Notes: generated from the letters alone by a model not told the origin. A stretch of 64,000 nt of DNA from Candidatus Nomurabacteria bacterium RIFCSPHIGHO2_01_FULL_40_20 (GCA_001786835.1 MFTO01000013.1:1002-65001); one strand, 5' to 3'; shown: positions 1 through 8,834, numbered from the stretch's first letter. Translations and numbers: made by a program.

Positions 1-1192
1 AGGTAGTATAATTTTTACAAGTATAGCACTCGCAATTTTTTTCAATTGGTGAATGGTCGCTTTTATATTTTGCGTTGGAAATATTTATTTTCCCTTCTTT
101 AGTATAGAGCGTGCCGTTTCGCGCATTTCTGGTCGGCGCGACACAGTCAAATAAATCTACGCCGTTTTCAACTCCCATAAATAAATCTTCCGGTTCACCG
201 ATACCGAGCAAATGCCGTGGTTTCCCTTCTGGCAATGTTTCATTTACCCACTTTACTGCCGTAGACATATCTTCTTTTGCAAAACTTCCGCCGATTCCGA
301 AGCCATCAAAGTCTAAACTTCCGACAAATTCCGCAGACTTTTTTCGCAACCTCTCATTTCTTCCACCTTGCACGATGCCAAAGAGCATCGGAGCAAAATT
401 TTCTATACGGGGTGTCTCGCAGGCGGACGCGCCGAGAGGCAGCGCTGGTTCAGTAGAACCAGACAGCGACCCCGCAGAGAAATATTTTGCTCCGATGCTT
501 AATCTTTGATGTTCCATTAAACTACGTTCTGCCCAACGGTGTGTGCGTTCAAGCGCTTCTTCTTGATAACGCAAATCCTCCGCCGGAGAAGTGCATTCAT
601 CAAAAGCGAAAATAATATCTGCGCCCAAATTGTGCTGAATTTCAATTGATTTCTCCGGCGTGATGTAGTGCAAAGTGCCGTCTAGGTGTGACTTAAAAGA
701 AACGCCATCCGCGCCAATTTTTGCAAGCCGAGGGGCGTCAGAATCATCAAACCCCGAACCAAAGCCCTTGGCTTGGTACGGGGCAGGCCTCTCTGAAATT
801 GATTTTTCTATTTCTGCTGTTTTCATTATTTTAGAAATACCTGCCCCGTAGGAAGCTTGCTTTCCTTCGGGGTCTTTGCCAAAAGCGACACCTAAAGAAA
901 AAACTTGGAACCCTCCGGAGTCGGTCATGGTAGGACCCTGCCAATTCATAAACTTTCCCAAACCTCCAGCGTCCCGCACGATTTCGTCTCCCGGTTGTAA
1001 ATACAAATGATAAGTATTGCCGAGCACGACTTCTGCGCCCAACTCCGCCACTTGCTCCGGGATGAGAGCTTTGACTGTCGCCTTTGTCCCTACCGGCACA
1101 AAAGCCGGAGTCAAAATCACCCCATGCAGAGTTTCCAGCACACCCGCCCTACCTAGGAATCCCTTTAATTTTTTTTCAATCTTAAACTGCAT
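1..1192 (-). CDS. tgt: Queuine tRNA-ribosyltransferase (3' end beyond window), with three in-frame palindromic inserts
   Basis: Not in the ORF track. Manual translation gives MQFKIEKK..GRAG..TPAFVPVGTK..GNTYHL..TDSGGFQVFSL..FGIVQGG..CECYTC, all in one frame. Confidence 0.95.
   Translation of the reverse strand, partial: MQFKIEKKLKGFLGRAGVLETLHGVILTPAFVPVGTKATVKALIPEQVAELGAEVVLGNTYHLYLQPGDEIVRDAGGLGKFMNWQGPTMTDSGGFQVFSLGVAFGKDPEGKQASYGAGISKIMKTAEIEKSISERPAPYQAKGFGSGFDDSDAPRLAKIGADGVSFKSHLDGTLHYITPEKSIEIQHNLGADIIFAFDECTSPAEDLRYQEEALERTHRWAERSLMEHQRLSIGAKYFSAGSLSGSTEPALPLGASACETPRIENFAPMLFGIVQGGRNERLRKKSAEFVGSLDFDGFGIGGSFAKEDMSTAVKWVNETLPEGKPRHLLGIGEPEDLFMGVENGVDLFDCVAPTRNARNGTLYTKEGKINISNAKYKSDHSPIEKNCECYTCKNYTT
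384..499. repeat. 116-bp palindromic insert inside tgt
   Basis: Terminal inverted repeat AGCATCGGAGCAAAAT...ATTTTGCTCCGATGCT around a GC-rich interior. Confidence 0.85.
752..783. repeat. REP-like hairpin inside tgt
   Basis: CCCCGAACCAAAGC-CCTT-GGCTTGGTACGGGG; encodes PAPYQAKGFGSG. Confidence 0.75.
844..872. repeat. REP-like hairpin inside tgt
   Basis: CCCCGTAGGAAGC...TTCCTTCGGGG; encodes PEGKQASYGA. Confidence 0.75.
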
Positions 1193-1260
1193 CCCAGTAC
1201 TAAAATTTTTAGTTTTTATTCATAATGGTTATTTATTTTAATAAAAAATTTAGTACGGGA
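1192..1260. mobile_element. MITE-like element abutting the tgt start codon
   Basis: Imperfect terminal IR TCCCAGTACTAAAATTTTT...AAAAAATTTAGTACGGGA with an AT-rich interior. Confidence 0.6.
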
Positions 1261-1296
1261 CAAGTTTTATAAGCTTTTTTATGACTGTGGATAACT

Positions 1297-1324
1297 TTGA
1301 CTTTTACTTAGCATTTGGTATAAT
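1297..1324 (+). promoter_or_regulatory. Sigma70-type promoter facing the 3' end of the PemK-like gene
   Basis: TTGACT-16 bp-TATAAT with extended -10 TG. Confidence 0.7.
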
Positions 1325-1330
1325 AGACAT

Positions 1331-1380
1331 ATTAGGCCTTCGGGCTCCGAGGACCCCCACGAAAGTGGGGGTCCGATTCG
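1331..1380 (+). ncRNA. Candidate small RNA with two tetraloop hairpins
   Basis: GGCC-TTCG-GGCT and GGACCCCCAC-GAAA-GTGGGGGTCC directly after the promoter. Confidence 0.5.
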
Positions 1381-1767
1381 TTATAGTTGATTTTTAAACT
1401 TTATAATAATTTTTTTAAATGTTTCTTCGGGTAAACGATCTATCTTTCGAATCAATCTTTTTGCACTAAGAATTCTGGATTGTGACAAAATAACATAAGA
1501 TTCATTTCCTTCACCATAAAGTATCTTAAAATAAAATTTATTGCTTTTAGGTTTTGACGTAAGAGGAACAACCCAAAGCATCTCTTTATTGAAAACTTTC
1601 AAAATAAGTACCGGCCGTTCGTAGTTTTCATTTTTCCCATCAATCTCTACGCCGATATTAATTCCCAATGAGCACCACCACACTTCACGCGTGTTCGAAA
1701 AAGGAATTGAAACCCTATCATGTAAACGTTTTTTATCTTCATTCCAATTATCAAAATCTTTATTCAT
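1381..1767 (-). CDS. PemK/MazF-family toxin-like protein
   Basis: REVWW..LGINIGVEIDGK..RPVLIL..VVPLTSK..ILSQSR..RL pattern typical of the PemK/MazF fold. Confidence 0.75.
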   Translation of the reverse strand: MNKDFDNWNEDKKRLHDRVSIPFSNTREVWWCSLGINIGVEIDGKNENYERPVLILKVFNKEMLWVVPLTSKPKSNKFYFKILYGEGNESYVILSQSRILSAKRLIRKIDRLPEETFKKIIIKFKNQL

Positions 1768-1822
1768 AAATTATTTTTTAAATTACTGCAAGAATGGTTC
1801 CCATAATCTACTCGTAATCTAA

Positions 1823-2149
1823 TTAAAATTTTTGATAAATCTCAAGTCGTTGTTTTATTGACTTGAGTATATTTTTCAAAAATTCAGAAAGCTTTGGATC
1901 AGTATCATCACTTGGAGCTTCTTTTAATTTATACCCCAAAACTTTTGCCATATATTCTCCAGCTGTATTTTTATCAATTATAAATTCTTTATGCAAATCT
2001 GAATGAGTAGTATTTTGTAGTTTACCAAGACTTTGGGTTGCTACGGCATCACTAAATACTTTTGCTTCAGCATCTTCACTGAAGTCACTTCCCCATTCTT
2101 TTGAAAAAGCTAATGCTCGATTTTTAATTTCATTTGGGCTAAGTAACAT
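1823..2149 (-). pseudogene. Remnant starting like an MmeI-type (type IIL) restriction-modification enzyme
   Basis: LSPNEIKNRALAFSKEW..SEDAEAK.F resembles the MmeI-like N-terminus; the ORF is only 108 aa. Confidence 0.55.
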
Positions 2150-2161
2150 AGAATTATTATA

Positions 2162-2953
2162 TTATATTTCCACCTCCACAAATTTTAATTCTTGGATATT
2201 AACCGGACTTACGAGTAAAACTTTTACAAAAGAATCCCTCGGGTCTGAAATCACGGCTTCTACTTTTGCGAGTGTGTAAGGCGCGATACCCGGCAGAACT
2301 GCTTCCATTCCCGGAGAGACGACAAAATCCCTCGGAAGACTAATCTCAAAATTACCCCCGCCTCGACCGATTATTTCTGTAAAAACATTACCATCTCCCA
2401 AAACAACCTCAGTCTTTATTTTAGGTGAAGAAAATAAAATTACTTTCGAAGAACCAGAGTTAACTGATTCAATGCGACCCAAGGGAACATCCCCTTCTGC
2501 AAAGACTAAATCTCCCACTAAAACCCCATTTTTCTCTCCCGCGTCAATAACCAAAGTGTCATACAATGATTTAGGTGGTTTTGATAAAATACTCGCTAAA
2601 ACTAAATCTCTCTCCTCTCCCCCCCTACCTAGAATTTCTTTCATTCCAACGTTCTCTCCCAAAAGAGAATTATAGTTTGAGAGCGTAGCAGTATTTTCAT
2701 TCAACCTTTCCCTTAGACTCTCATTTTCTAGATAAAGATTTTTCTTTGATTTAAAATACGCCCCGATATTTCCAAACTTCTCTCCGATACTATTGCCCAA
2801 AACTAAAACCGGTTTAAAAACAGCATGTGAGACAAAAGAGAGCCCGCTAAAAATATTGCTCCCAAAATAAATCAAAAAAAGCAAAATTATTACAACAAGG
2901 ACTATCTTCTCTATTTTCTTTCTTTTTATTTTTCTATTTTGGAGGTAATTCAT
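2162..2953 (-). CDS. mreC: Rod shape-determining protein MreC
   Basis: N-terminal TM segment, coiled coil LENESLRERL, IDAGEKNGV..GD.V; follows mreB. Confidence 0.9.
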   Translation of the reverse strand: MNYLQNRKIKRKKIEKIVLVVIILLFLIYFGSNIFSGLSFVSHAVFKPVLVLGNSIGEKFGNIGAYFKSKKNLYLENESLRERLNENTATLSNYNSLLGENVGMKEILGRGGEERDLVLASILSKPPKSLYDTLVIDAGEKNGVLVGDLVFAEGDVPLGRIESVNSGSSKVILFSSPKIKTEVVLGDGNVFTEIIGRGGGNFEISLPRDFVVSPGMEAVLPGIAPYTLAKVEAVISDPRDSFVKVLLVSPVNIQELKFVEVEI

Positions 2954-3980
2954 CTTGATTCCCGATCAAAATTTCTTGGTAAAACAAAATATCGTCTAAG
3001 ATAATGCCGGCGCCTCGCGCAACTGCGGTAAGAGGGTCATCAACCACATACACAGGGATTTTGAGCACATTTTGGAGGAGCTTATCTAGTCCAGAGAGAA
3101 GGGCGCCTCCACCTGTGAGCACAATGCCTCGATGCATAATGTCGGAAAGTATTTCAGGAGGCGTCGTCTCAAGCACATCTTTAACTCCTTCAATCAATTC
3201 TCTGACTGAAGATAAAATGGCTTCACGAACATCAGAATCAGTAACTATTACTTCGCGAGGCAATCCTGTAAGTAAATCGCGTCCGCGCACTTCTGTCTCC
3301 ATGTATTCACCCGGTAATACCGAACCAATATTTATTTTCACCATTTCAGCCGTAGTCTCGCCGATTAAAATTTTAAATTCGTCACGCATATAAGTGATGA
3401 TATCGTTGTTTAATTTATCGCCGGCTATTTTTATATTTTTTGACTTCACAATGCCTGAAAGTGATATCACGGCAATATCAGTCGTGCCACCACCGATGTC
3501 TATAATCATAGAGCCCACCGCTTCCTTGATAGGTAGACGCACCCCGATTGCGGCCGCCATCGGTTCTTCCACTAAATACACATCTCTCGCGCCTGCGGAG
3601 CGAGCCGCATCATACACTGCGCGAGTCTCCACATTCGTGCTCCCCGATGGCACCCCCACCACTACTCTGGGACGCCCGAGTTTTTTGGATAACTTGTCCG
3701 CTTTATTTATGAGATACGTTAACATCTCTTCGGTCACTTCAAAATCAGATATCACGCCATCTACCAACGGACGCACTGCTTTGATATGCCCCGGGGTCCG
3801 GCCAAGCATCTCTTTGGCTTTAGCGCCGACCGCGAGCACTTGATTGGTCTTGATGTTTACCGCCACCACCGACGGCTCGTTTATCACAATGCCATGCCCT
3901 TTCAAATACACAAGGGTGTTTGACGTGCCCAAGTCTATACCTATGTCGTTTGAAATGTATTTATAAAAATTTTTAAACAT
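2934..3980 (-). CDS. mreB: Rod shape-determining protein MreB
   Basis: IGIDLGTSNT, EEPMAAAIG, DIGGGTT, LTGGGALL. Confidence 0.98.
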   Translation of the reverse strand: MFKNFYKYISNDIGIDLGTSNTLVYLKGHGIVINEPSVVAVNIKTNQVLAVGAKAKEMLGRTPGHIKAVRPLVDGVISDFEVTEEMLTYLINKADKLSKKLGRPRVVVGVPSGSTNVETRAVYDAARSAGARDVYLVEEPMAAAIGVRLPIKEAVGSMIIDIGGGTTDIAVISLSGIVKSKNIKIAGDKLNNDIITYMRDEFKILIGETTAEMVKINIGSVLPGEYMETEVRGRDLLTGLPREVIVTDSDVREAILSSVRELIEGVKDVLETTPPEILSDIMHRGIVLTGGGALLSGLDKLLQNVLKIPVYVVDDPLTAVARGAGIILDDILFYQEILIGNQDELPPK

Positions 3981-4000
3981 TATGAATTAGTTTCTAGGTT

Positions 4001-5260
4001 CTAGTGACTAGGTTTTAGTAAATTTATTAATTCTTCTTTTGAAATAATTTTGCCTTTTTCTTCGGTGCGCGCCTTTATCTCTATCCCGTTTTCTTTAAGA
4101 CTTCTCGCGGACACCACCCCCCGGAGTGGCATACCAAGCAAATCCGCATCCGCAAATTTCTCTCCGGCGGAAATTTCTTTACGGTCATCAAATAAAACTT
4201 CAATATTTTTTTTCTGCAAATCCTCATAAAGCTCATCTGCGTATTTTTGCACTTCCTCATCTTCCCCTAAGGAAAGTAAATGCAACGCAAAAGGCGCGAT
4301 TGCCTCCGGCCAGATGATGCCTTTATCGTCGGAGAGCGCTTCCACCACGGTGCCCATCAGACGCCCCGGTCCGATACCGTATGAACCCATAAATACCGGC
4401 TTTCTTTCTCCATCCTCTGTCTGATAAGACAAATCTAGTGCGTCAGAAAATCTAGTGCCTAATGTAAATATATTACCCACTTCTACAGATTTATTTTCAA
4501 CCAATTTTTCTTTCGATAAACCTAAGTTCTTTATTACTTCATCGTTGTAAACTTCTTTGTTGATTGCAATACCTTTATCCTCATCTACATAAATAGTGTC
4601 TTCACCCGCAGAAGTAATTGTCTGAAATTCGTGAGAGAATTTTGAAAACATCCCACCGGAAGCAAAAGTAAGATAGGTTAAATGCCCAATGCCGGTTCTT
4701 TTAAAAATATTTTTATACGCTTCTGTCACTTTTCCATAAAACTCCAAGTGTTCTTTCTCGTCTTTTGCAAAGGAATACAAGTCCTTCATCACAAATTCGC
4801 GAGTACGGATAATGCCAGACTTTGCCCGTATTTCATTTCTGAATTTAGTTTGAAATTGATACACAGAAGATGGCAGGTCACGATATGAATTCAAGAAACC
4901 TTTAAACATTTTCGTTATTGGAGCTTCGTGGGTAATAGCCAATCCAAGCTCGGTATCGTTTTTTAATTTTGTCTTAAACCAAACATCAACCTCCTTATCA
5001 TCCCATTGGTTCGTCGGCTCCCAAGTTTCCCTCTCTTGGAGAGAAGACATAAATATTTCTTGCCCTCCAATTTTATTCATCTCCTCTCGGATAATGTTTT
5101 CAATCTTTTTTATTATCCGAAGTCCAAGGGGGAGATAGTCGTATATCCCCGCCATTTCCTTATGAATAAATCCCCCCCGAATCAGAAGTTCGGCGTTTTT
5201 GGACACTTCGTCTGCGGGCGCTTCTTTCCTAGTTTTGGTGAAAAGTTTAGTTTGTCGCAT
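4001..5260 (-). CDS. proS: Proline--tRNA ligase (short form, no editing domain)
   Basis: MRQTKLF start, QTKFRNEIR, REFVMKDLYSF, GSYGIGPGR. Confidence 0.95.
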   Translation of the reverse strand: MRQTKLFTKTRKEAPADEVSKNAELLIRGGFIHKEMAGIYDYLPLGLRIIKKIENIIREEMNKIGGQEIFMSSLQERETWEPTNQWDDKEVDVWFKTKLKNDTELGLAITHEAPITKMFKGFLNSYRDLPSSVYQFQTKFRNEIRAKSGIIRTREFVMKDLYSFAKDEKEHLEFYGKVTEAYKNIFKRTGIGHLTYLTFASGGMFSKFSHEFQTITSAGEDTIYVDEDKGIAINKEVYNDEVIKNLGLSKEKLVENKSVEVGNIFTLGTRFSDALDLSYQTEDGERKPVFMGSYGIGPGRLMGTVVEALSDDKGIIWPEAIAPFALHLLSLGEDEEVQKYADELYEDLQKKNIEVLFDDRKEISAGEKFADADLLGMPLRGVVSARSLKENGIEIKARTEEKGKIISKEELINLLKPSH

Positions 5261-5339
5261 GCCATTAGTCATACTTGCCATACTAACCTAAAAAGGCGCC
5301 TTTAGCAAAGAGCCCTATGGCTAAAGAGCCATATAAAGG

Positions 5340-5368
5340 TTGCAAAAGCGCTCTCTTTCTGCTAGAAT
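5340..5368 (+). promoter_or_regulatory. rpsB promoter (probably a leaderless transcript)
   Basis: TTGCAA-17-TAGAAT, 7 nt before the ATG at 5376. Confidence 0.65.
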
Positions 5369-5375
5369 TGTATTC

Positions 5376-6104
5376 ATGCAAAAAACACCAATTACAAAGG
5401 ATTCGGCAGACACAAGCATTGAAAAAATGTTTGAGGCTGGAGCGCAGTATGGATATTCTAAAACTAGACGCCATCCATCAATCTCCCCTTTTATACACAC
5501 AACCAAAAACAGGACCGACATAATCGATTTGGAAAAAACAAGTCTTTTGACAGAGACGGCGATAGAGTTCGCCAAGAGTTTGGGCGCCCAAAAGAAAGTT
5601 CTTCTTTTTGTCGGCACCAAGCCGGAAGCCAAAGAAGCAGTCAAGGAGGTTACTCTATCCATCGGTATGCCCTACGTAACCGAACGCTGGATTGGAGGCA
5701 CGCTTTCTAATTTTTCTGAAATAAAAAAGAGAATTACCGAGCTTGAAAACTATCAAAAAGAAAACAAAGAGGGCGGACTTGAAAAATACACCAAAAAAGA
5801 ACGTTTAGTTTTATCAAAAAAAATGGAGAGACTCGCTAGGTATTACACTGGTCTCTTGGGGCTCAAAAAATTACCGGATGCCCTCTTTATAGTGGACGCC
5901 AAGGCAGAACACATAGCAGAAAGGGAGGCGAGGGGTATGGGTATTCCTGTTATTGCTCTTATCAATTCAGATTCTAATATAAAAAATATAAATTATCCTA
6001 TTGTGGGAAACGATGGAGCAGTGCCGTCCGTCCGTCTCTTTACTAAAGCAATTGCGGATGCATATAAAAAGGGAGGAGAGTCACTACCTGAAAAAGTTTC
6101 CTAA
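5376..6104 (+). CDS. rpsB: 30S ribosomal protein S2
   Basis: MFEAGAQYG, LFVGTK, RWIGGTLSNF, PIVGND. Confidence 0.97.
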   Translation: MQKTPITKDSADTSIEKMFEAGAQYGYSKTRRHPSISPFIHTTKNRTDIIDLEKTSLLTETAIEFAKSLGAQKKVLLFVGTKPEAKEAVKEVTLSIGMPYVTERWIGGTLSNFSEIKKRITELENYQKENKEGGLEKYTKKERLVLSKKMERLARYYTGLLGLKKLPDALFIVDAKAEHIAEREARGMGIPVIALINSDSNIKNINYPIVGNDGAVPSVRLFTKAIADAYKKGGESLPEKVS

Positions 6105-6111
6105 ATAAAAT

Positions 6112-6891
6112 ATGTCAGTCAACGTCACAACAGAGTTGGTCAAAGAACTCCGCGATGCGACTGGAATTTCGGTGATGCAATGCAGACGCGCGCTCATTGA
6201 GGCAGAGGGCGATATGAAAAAGGCGCTTGCGATATTAAAAAAAACAAGCTCCGATATTGCTCTAAAAAAAGCTGACCGAGTGGCAACGGACGGAGCTGTG
6301 ATGATAAAAACAAACGGCGCAAAAACTGTTCTTCTTGCTCTCCACTGTGAGACAGACTTCGTATCAAGAAATGAAGATTTCACTAACCTACTTTCTAGCC
6401 TTATAGATTTAGCGCTCACAAAAGGAATAGAGGAAATGAAGAAAGTAGCCAAAGATATGATAGACTCGGTAATCCAAAAAACCGGTGAAAAGATAGAGTT
6501 AGGCGAGGTATACGAAATCAGGGGTGAGGTTGTGGGTAGCTATGTGCACAACAATAAAATAGGAATCATCGTGTCACTCGTAGGTGGAAACCAAGAACTT
6601 GCCAAAGATATTGCCATGCACGTAGCCGCCATGAAGCCAGAATACATCACGGATAACGATATAAACGAAGAGACAAAAAAAACAATGACAGAGATATTTG
6701 AAAAGGAAGTAGCGAAAATAGACAAGCCCGAAGAAATAAAAAAGAAAATGCTGGAGGGTAAAATCAATACTTATTTTAAAGAAAAAACTCTAAAGAGTCA
6801 GCCATTCATAAAGAATCCTGATGAAACCGTAGGTCAACTGCTGGAGAGAAACAAAGCAAAGATAATAGAGGTCAAACGATACTTTATCTAA
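6112..6891 (+). CDS. tsf: Elongation factor Ts
   Basis: VKELRDATG..C..AL, CETDFVSRN, DIAMHVAA; follows rpsB. Confidence 0.97.
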   Translation: MSVNVTTELVKELRDATGISVMQCRRALIEAEGDMKKALAILKKTSSDIALKKADRVATDGAVMIKTNGAKTVLLALHCETDFVSRNEDFTNLLSSLIDLALTKGIEEMKKVAKDMIDSVIQKTGEKIELGEVYEIRGEVVGSYVHNNKIGIIVSLVGGNQELAKDIAMHVAAMKPEYITDNDINEETKKTMTEIFEKEVAKIDKPEEIKKKMLEGKINTYFKEKTLKSQPFIKNPDETVGQLLERNKAKIIEVKRYFI

Positions 6892-6903
6892 AAAGATATG
6901 AAT

Positions 6904-6987
6904 CCCGTTAGAAATCTTATATGTTGAAACTTTTAATTAAAATTAATATAACTACGGAAATGCAAAGCATTTCCTATTTCTAACGAG
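6904..6987. mobile_element. MITE-like element flanked by ATGAAT direct repeats
   Basis: ATGAAT-CCCGTTAGAAAT...ATTTCTAACGAG-ATGAAT; same ends as 20039-20100. Confidence 0.8.
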
Positions 6988-7389
6988 ATGAATATATTTT
7001 TAATTTTATTTTTAATATCACTCGGAGGCATCGTCTTTATGATTTCTCGAAAAATGATTCTCTTTAAAAGAGGCACTGTGACGGCAAGTGGAGAATTTCC
7101 TTTTAAGACTCCGGAAATGGAAGAAATAAAATACATTATTGTAAAAAAAATAAAAAACTACGGATACGCCATTCTAATTTCAACTCTGCGTTTTTCGATA
7201 AAATCAACCCACTTCGCAAAGACAAAAAGCAAAGATTTAATAGAAAAAATTAAAACAAAATTTTATAAAAATGAAAAAGTAAATGAAGAGGTGAAAGAGG
7301 TCTCAAAATTCTTAAAAAGCGTGTCTGAATACAAAAATAAAATAAAAAAGATAAAGAGTAGAATAAAAGAAGAAGAGGGTATAGAATAG
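6988..7389 (+). CDS. Hypothetical membrane-anchored Lys-rich protein
   Basis: 133-aa ORF with an N-terminal hydrophobic helix. Confidence 0.75.
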   Translation: MNIFLILFLISLGGIVFMISRKMILFKRGTVTASGEFPFKTPEMEEIKYIIVKKIKNYGYAILISTLRFSIKSTHFAKTKSKDLIEKIKTKFYKNEKVNEEVKEVSKFLKSVSEYKNKIKKIKSRIKEEEGIE

Positions 7390-7400
7390 AAAAAAATACT

Positions 7401-7472
7401 GCCGGGGTAGCTCAACGGTTGAGCAACTGTTTTGTAAACAGTAGGTTGGAGGTTCAAATCCTCTCCCCGGCT
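7401..7472 (+). tRNA. tRNA-Thr(TGT)
   Basis: Acceptor GCCGGGG/CCCCGGC, anticodon arm ACTGT-TTTGTAA-ACAGT, T-loop TTCAAAT. Confidence 0.97.
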
Positions 7473-7480
7473 CAAAAAAA

Positions 7481-7509
7481 TTGACATAAACGTCCCTTTG
7501 TTTTAGAGT
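7481..7509 (+). promoter_or_regulatory. Sigma70-type promoter of the first island gene
   Basis: TTGACA-17-TAGAGT. Confidence 0.55.
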
Positions 7510-7557
7510 TACATTGAAGTAATGTTGCTTCGAAAAATTAATAAAATTCTATACATC

Positions 7558-7998
7558 ATGGAAAATTACACCGATTTAGATGTTAATAGAGTTATTGCCG
7601 ACCTTGAAGTACTTTCAGCAGAAATGAGTGCTCGCACTGGTGGACTTCTCCGTATGTTCTTAATTTCCTACAAAAATATCGAGAAACGTAAAATGAAAGA
7701 TGTGCCAAATGAGAACATAGTTGAAGCCAGTTTTGGAATGTCTTCCCAGCACATGTTTTTTTTCGCAATGAAGGAGAAAAGGTGTTTCATCAGCCAGCAC
7801 GGAGTTTTTAAGAAGGAAGGAGCAAGCGTCTTTGACCTGCCATCTGGTTCATCTTACTCGGATGAATCATGGAACAAAGCGATCGCGGTTTTCGGGGGTG
7901 CCGCTACATGCTTTGTAGAAGCGATAGAGAGTAGTAAGAGTCTCAAGGAGCTCGAATATAAGTTATTTTTTTCCACCACTCCTACACAAATAACTTAA
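7558..7998 (+). CDS. Hypothetical protein
   Basis: ORF downstream of the promoter; likely start MENY. Confidence 0.7.
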   Translation: MENYTDLDVNRVIADLEVLSAEMSARTGGLLRMFLISYKNIEKRKMKDVPNENIVEASFGMSSQHMFFFAMKEKRCFISQHGVFKKEGASVFDLPSGSSYSDESWNKAIAVFGGAATCFVEAIESSKSLKELEYKLFFSTTPTQIT

Positions 7999-8010
7999 AA
8001 ACTCAACACC

Positions 8011-8301
8011 ATGCTTGCGTACGTTTTAGAATTTTACCGTGAAATACGAGGCTATACCCGTTTTGAGCTGGAAGGGCTTACGGGAATTCCGGCCCACGTA
8101 ATTTCTGAATTTGAAAGTGGCAAGATATTGCCAGATACTGCTCAACTAGAAGCACTCGGTAAAGTGTTTCGAGTGCCCAGCGACTTGCTACTTCGCATGG
8201 CTAAGAACGAAGAAATAGAGGGAGAGATCTTAGAGGGTGATTCTATTCTTATTGAACATGTCTTTAGATCGTATATGAAAATGAAGATAAAAGGAGAGTA
8301 A
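8011..8301 (+). CDS. XRE-family helix-turn-helix protein
   Basis: REIRGYTRFELEGLTGI...ISEFESGK..P...L..L..VF. Confidence 0.85.
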   Translation: MLAYVLEFYREIRGYTRFELEGLTGIPAHVISEFESGKILPDTAQLEALGKVFRVPSDLLLRMAKNEEIEGEILEGDSILIEHVFRSYMKMKIKGE

Positions 8302-8369
8302 ATGCGAGGAGATGCTTCAGGGAGAGGATTCTCATCGTTTAAGAATTAAGTAACTGCGGGTTTTTGCTA

Positions 8370-8396
8370 AGCCGTCCAACTGGTCGGCTTTTTTTA
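8370..8396 (+). terminator. Intrinsic terminator
   Basis: AAGCCG..CGGCTT followed by a T-run. Confidence 0.65.
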
Positions 8397-8415
8397 TATC
8401 TAAAACTTACTTTGA

Positions 8416-8487
8416 AAATAAAAACCCCTCCGAACCATTGCTGGCCGAAGGGATCTCGCTGTGCTTGGCAGGCGCTAGAAAGTGGAT
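8416..8487 (-). repeat. Conserved 3' trailer/terminator, copy 1
   Basis: Shares AAAATAAAAA-CCC-CGA-CCATTGCTG-CCGAAGGGA and GAAAGTGGA with 9941-10007 and partly with 10912-11011. Confidence 0.75.
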
Positions 8488-8624
8488 TACATCTTCTTTG
8501 TGTTTTTGTGTTCTGGCCCTTTATGAAAGAGCAAAATCGCTGAACAGACAGCGCTCAAAAACATGCAGAAAAAAGCGCCATACATTCCCCAGCTAAAATA
8601 GCTCTCAATGATAAATTGAATCAT
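8487..8624 (-). CDS. 45-aa hydrophobic small protein (below ORF-track cutoff)
   Basis: MIQFIIESYFSWGMYGAFFCMFLSAVCSAILLFHKGPEHKNTKKM; has the shared leader and trailer. Confidence 0.6.
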   Translation of the reverse strand: MIQFIIESYFSWGMYGAFFCMFLSAVCSAILLFHKGPEHKNTKKM

Positions 8625-8834
8625 ACAATTATGTATTTAGAGTCAATGAAACAAATAGTATCTCTATTAAAATATTAGTCCTATTTAAAGGTTTTGTCAA
8701 AGACATCTAGACTTTTTGAGGTTTTCATGCTATAAATCTTAACAAGAACTTGACTCTTTGAAATTGGTTTTATTGGGTGAGCAGAGAAGACTTTTAGAAG
8801 CCTTTTGCGCTCACCTTTTTAATAAAACTTTAAT

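Noticed and set aside
384-499. Inteins or group I/II introns as the explanation for in-frame inserts
   Set aside because: The inserts are 18-116 bp, far too short, and lack intein (C...HN) or intron core motifs.
1286-1294. oriC, from a perfect DnaA box (TGTGGATAA)
   Set aside because: Single box only; no cluster, unwinding element or dnaA nearby.
5340-5375. N-terminal extensions in the ORF track for rpsB, proS, thrS, rnc, smc, trhO and others
   Set aside because: They run through promoter boxes or upstream genes; downstream ATGs match the family N-termini and -10 spacing.
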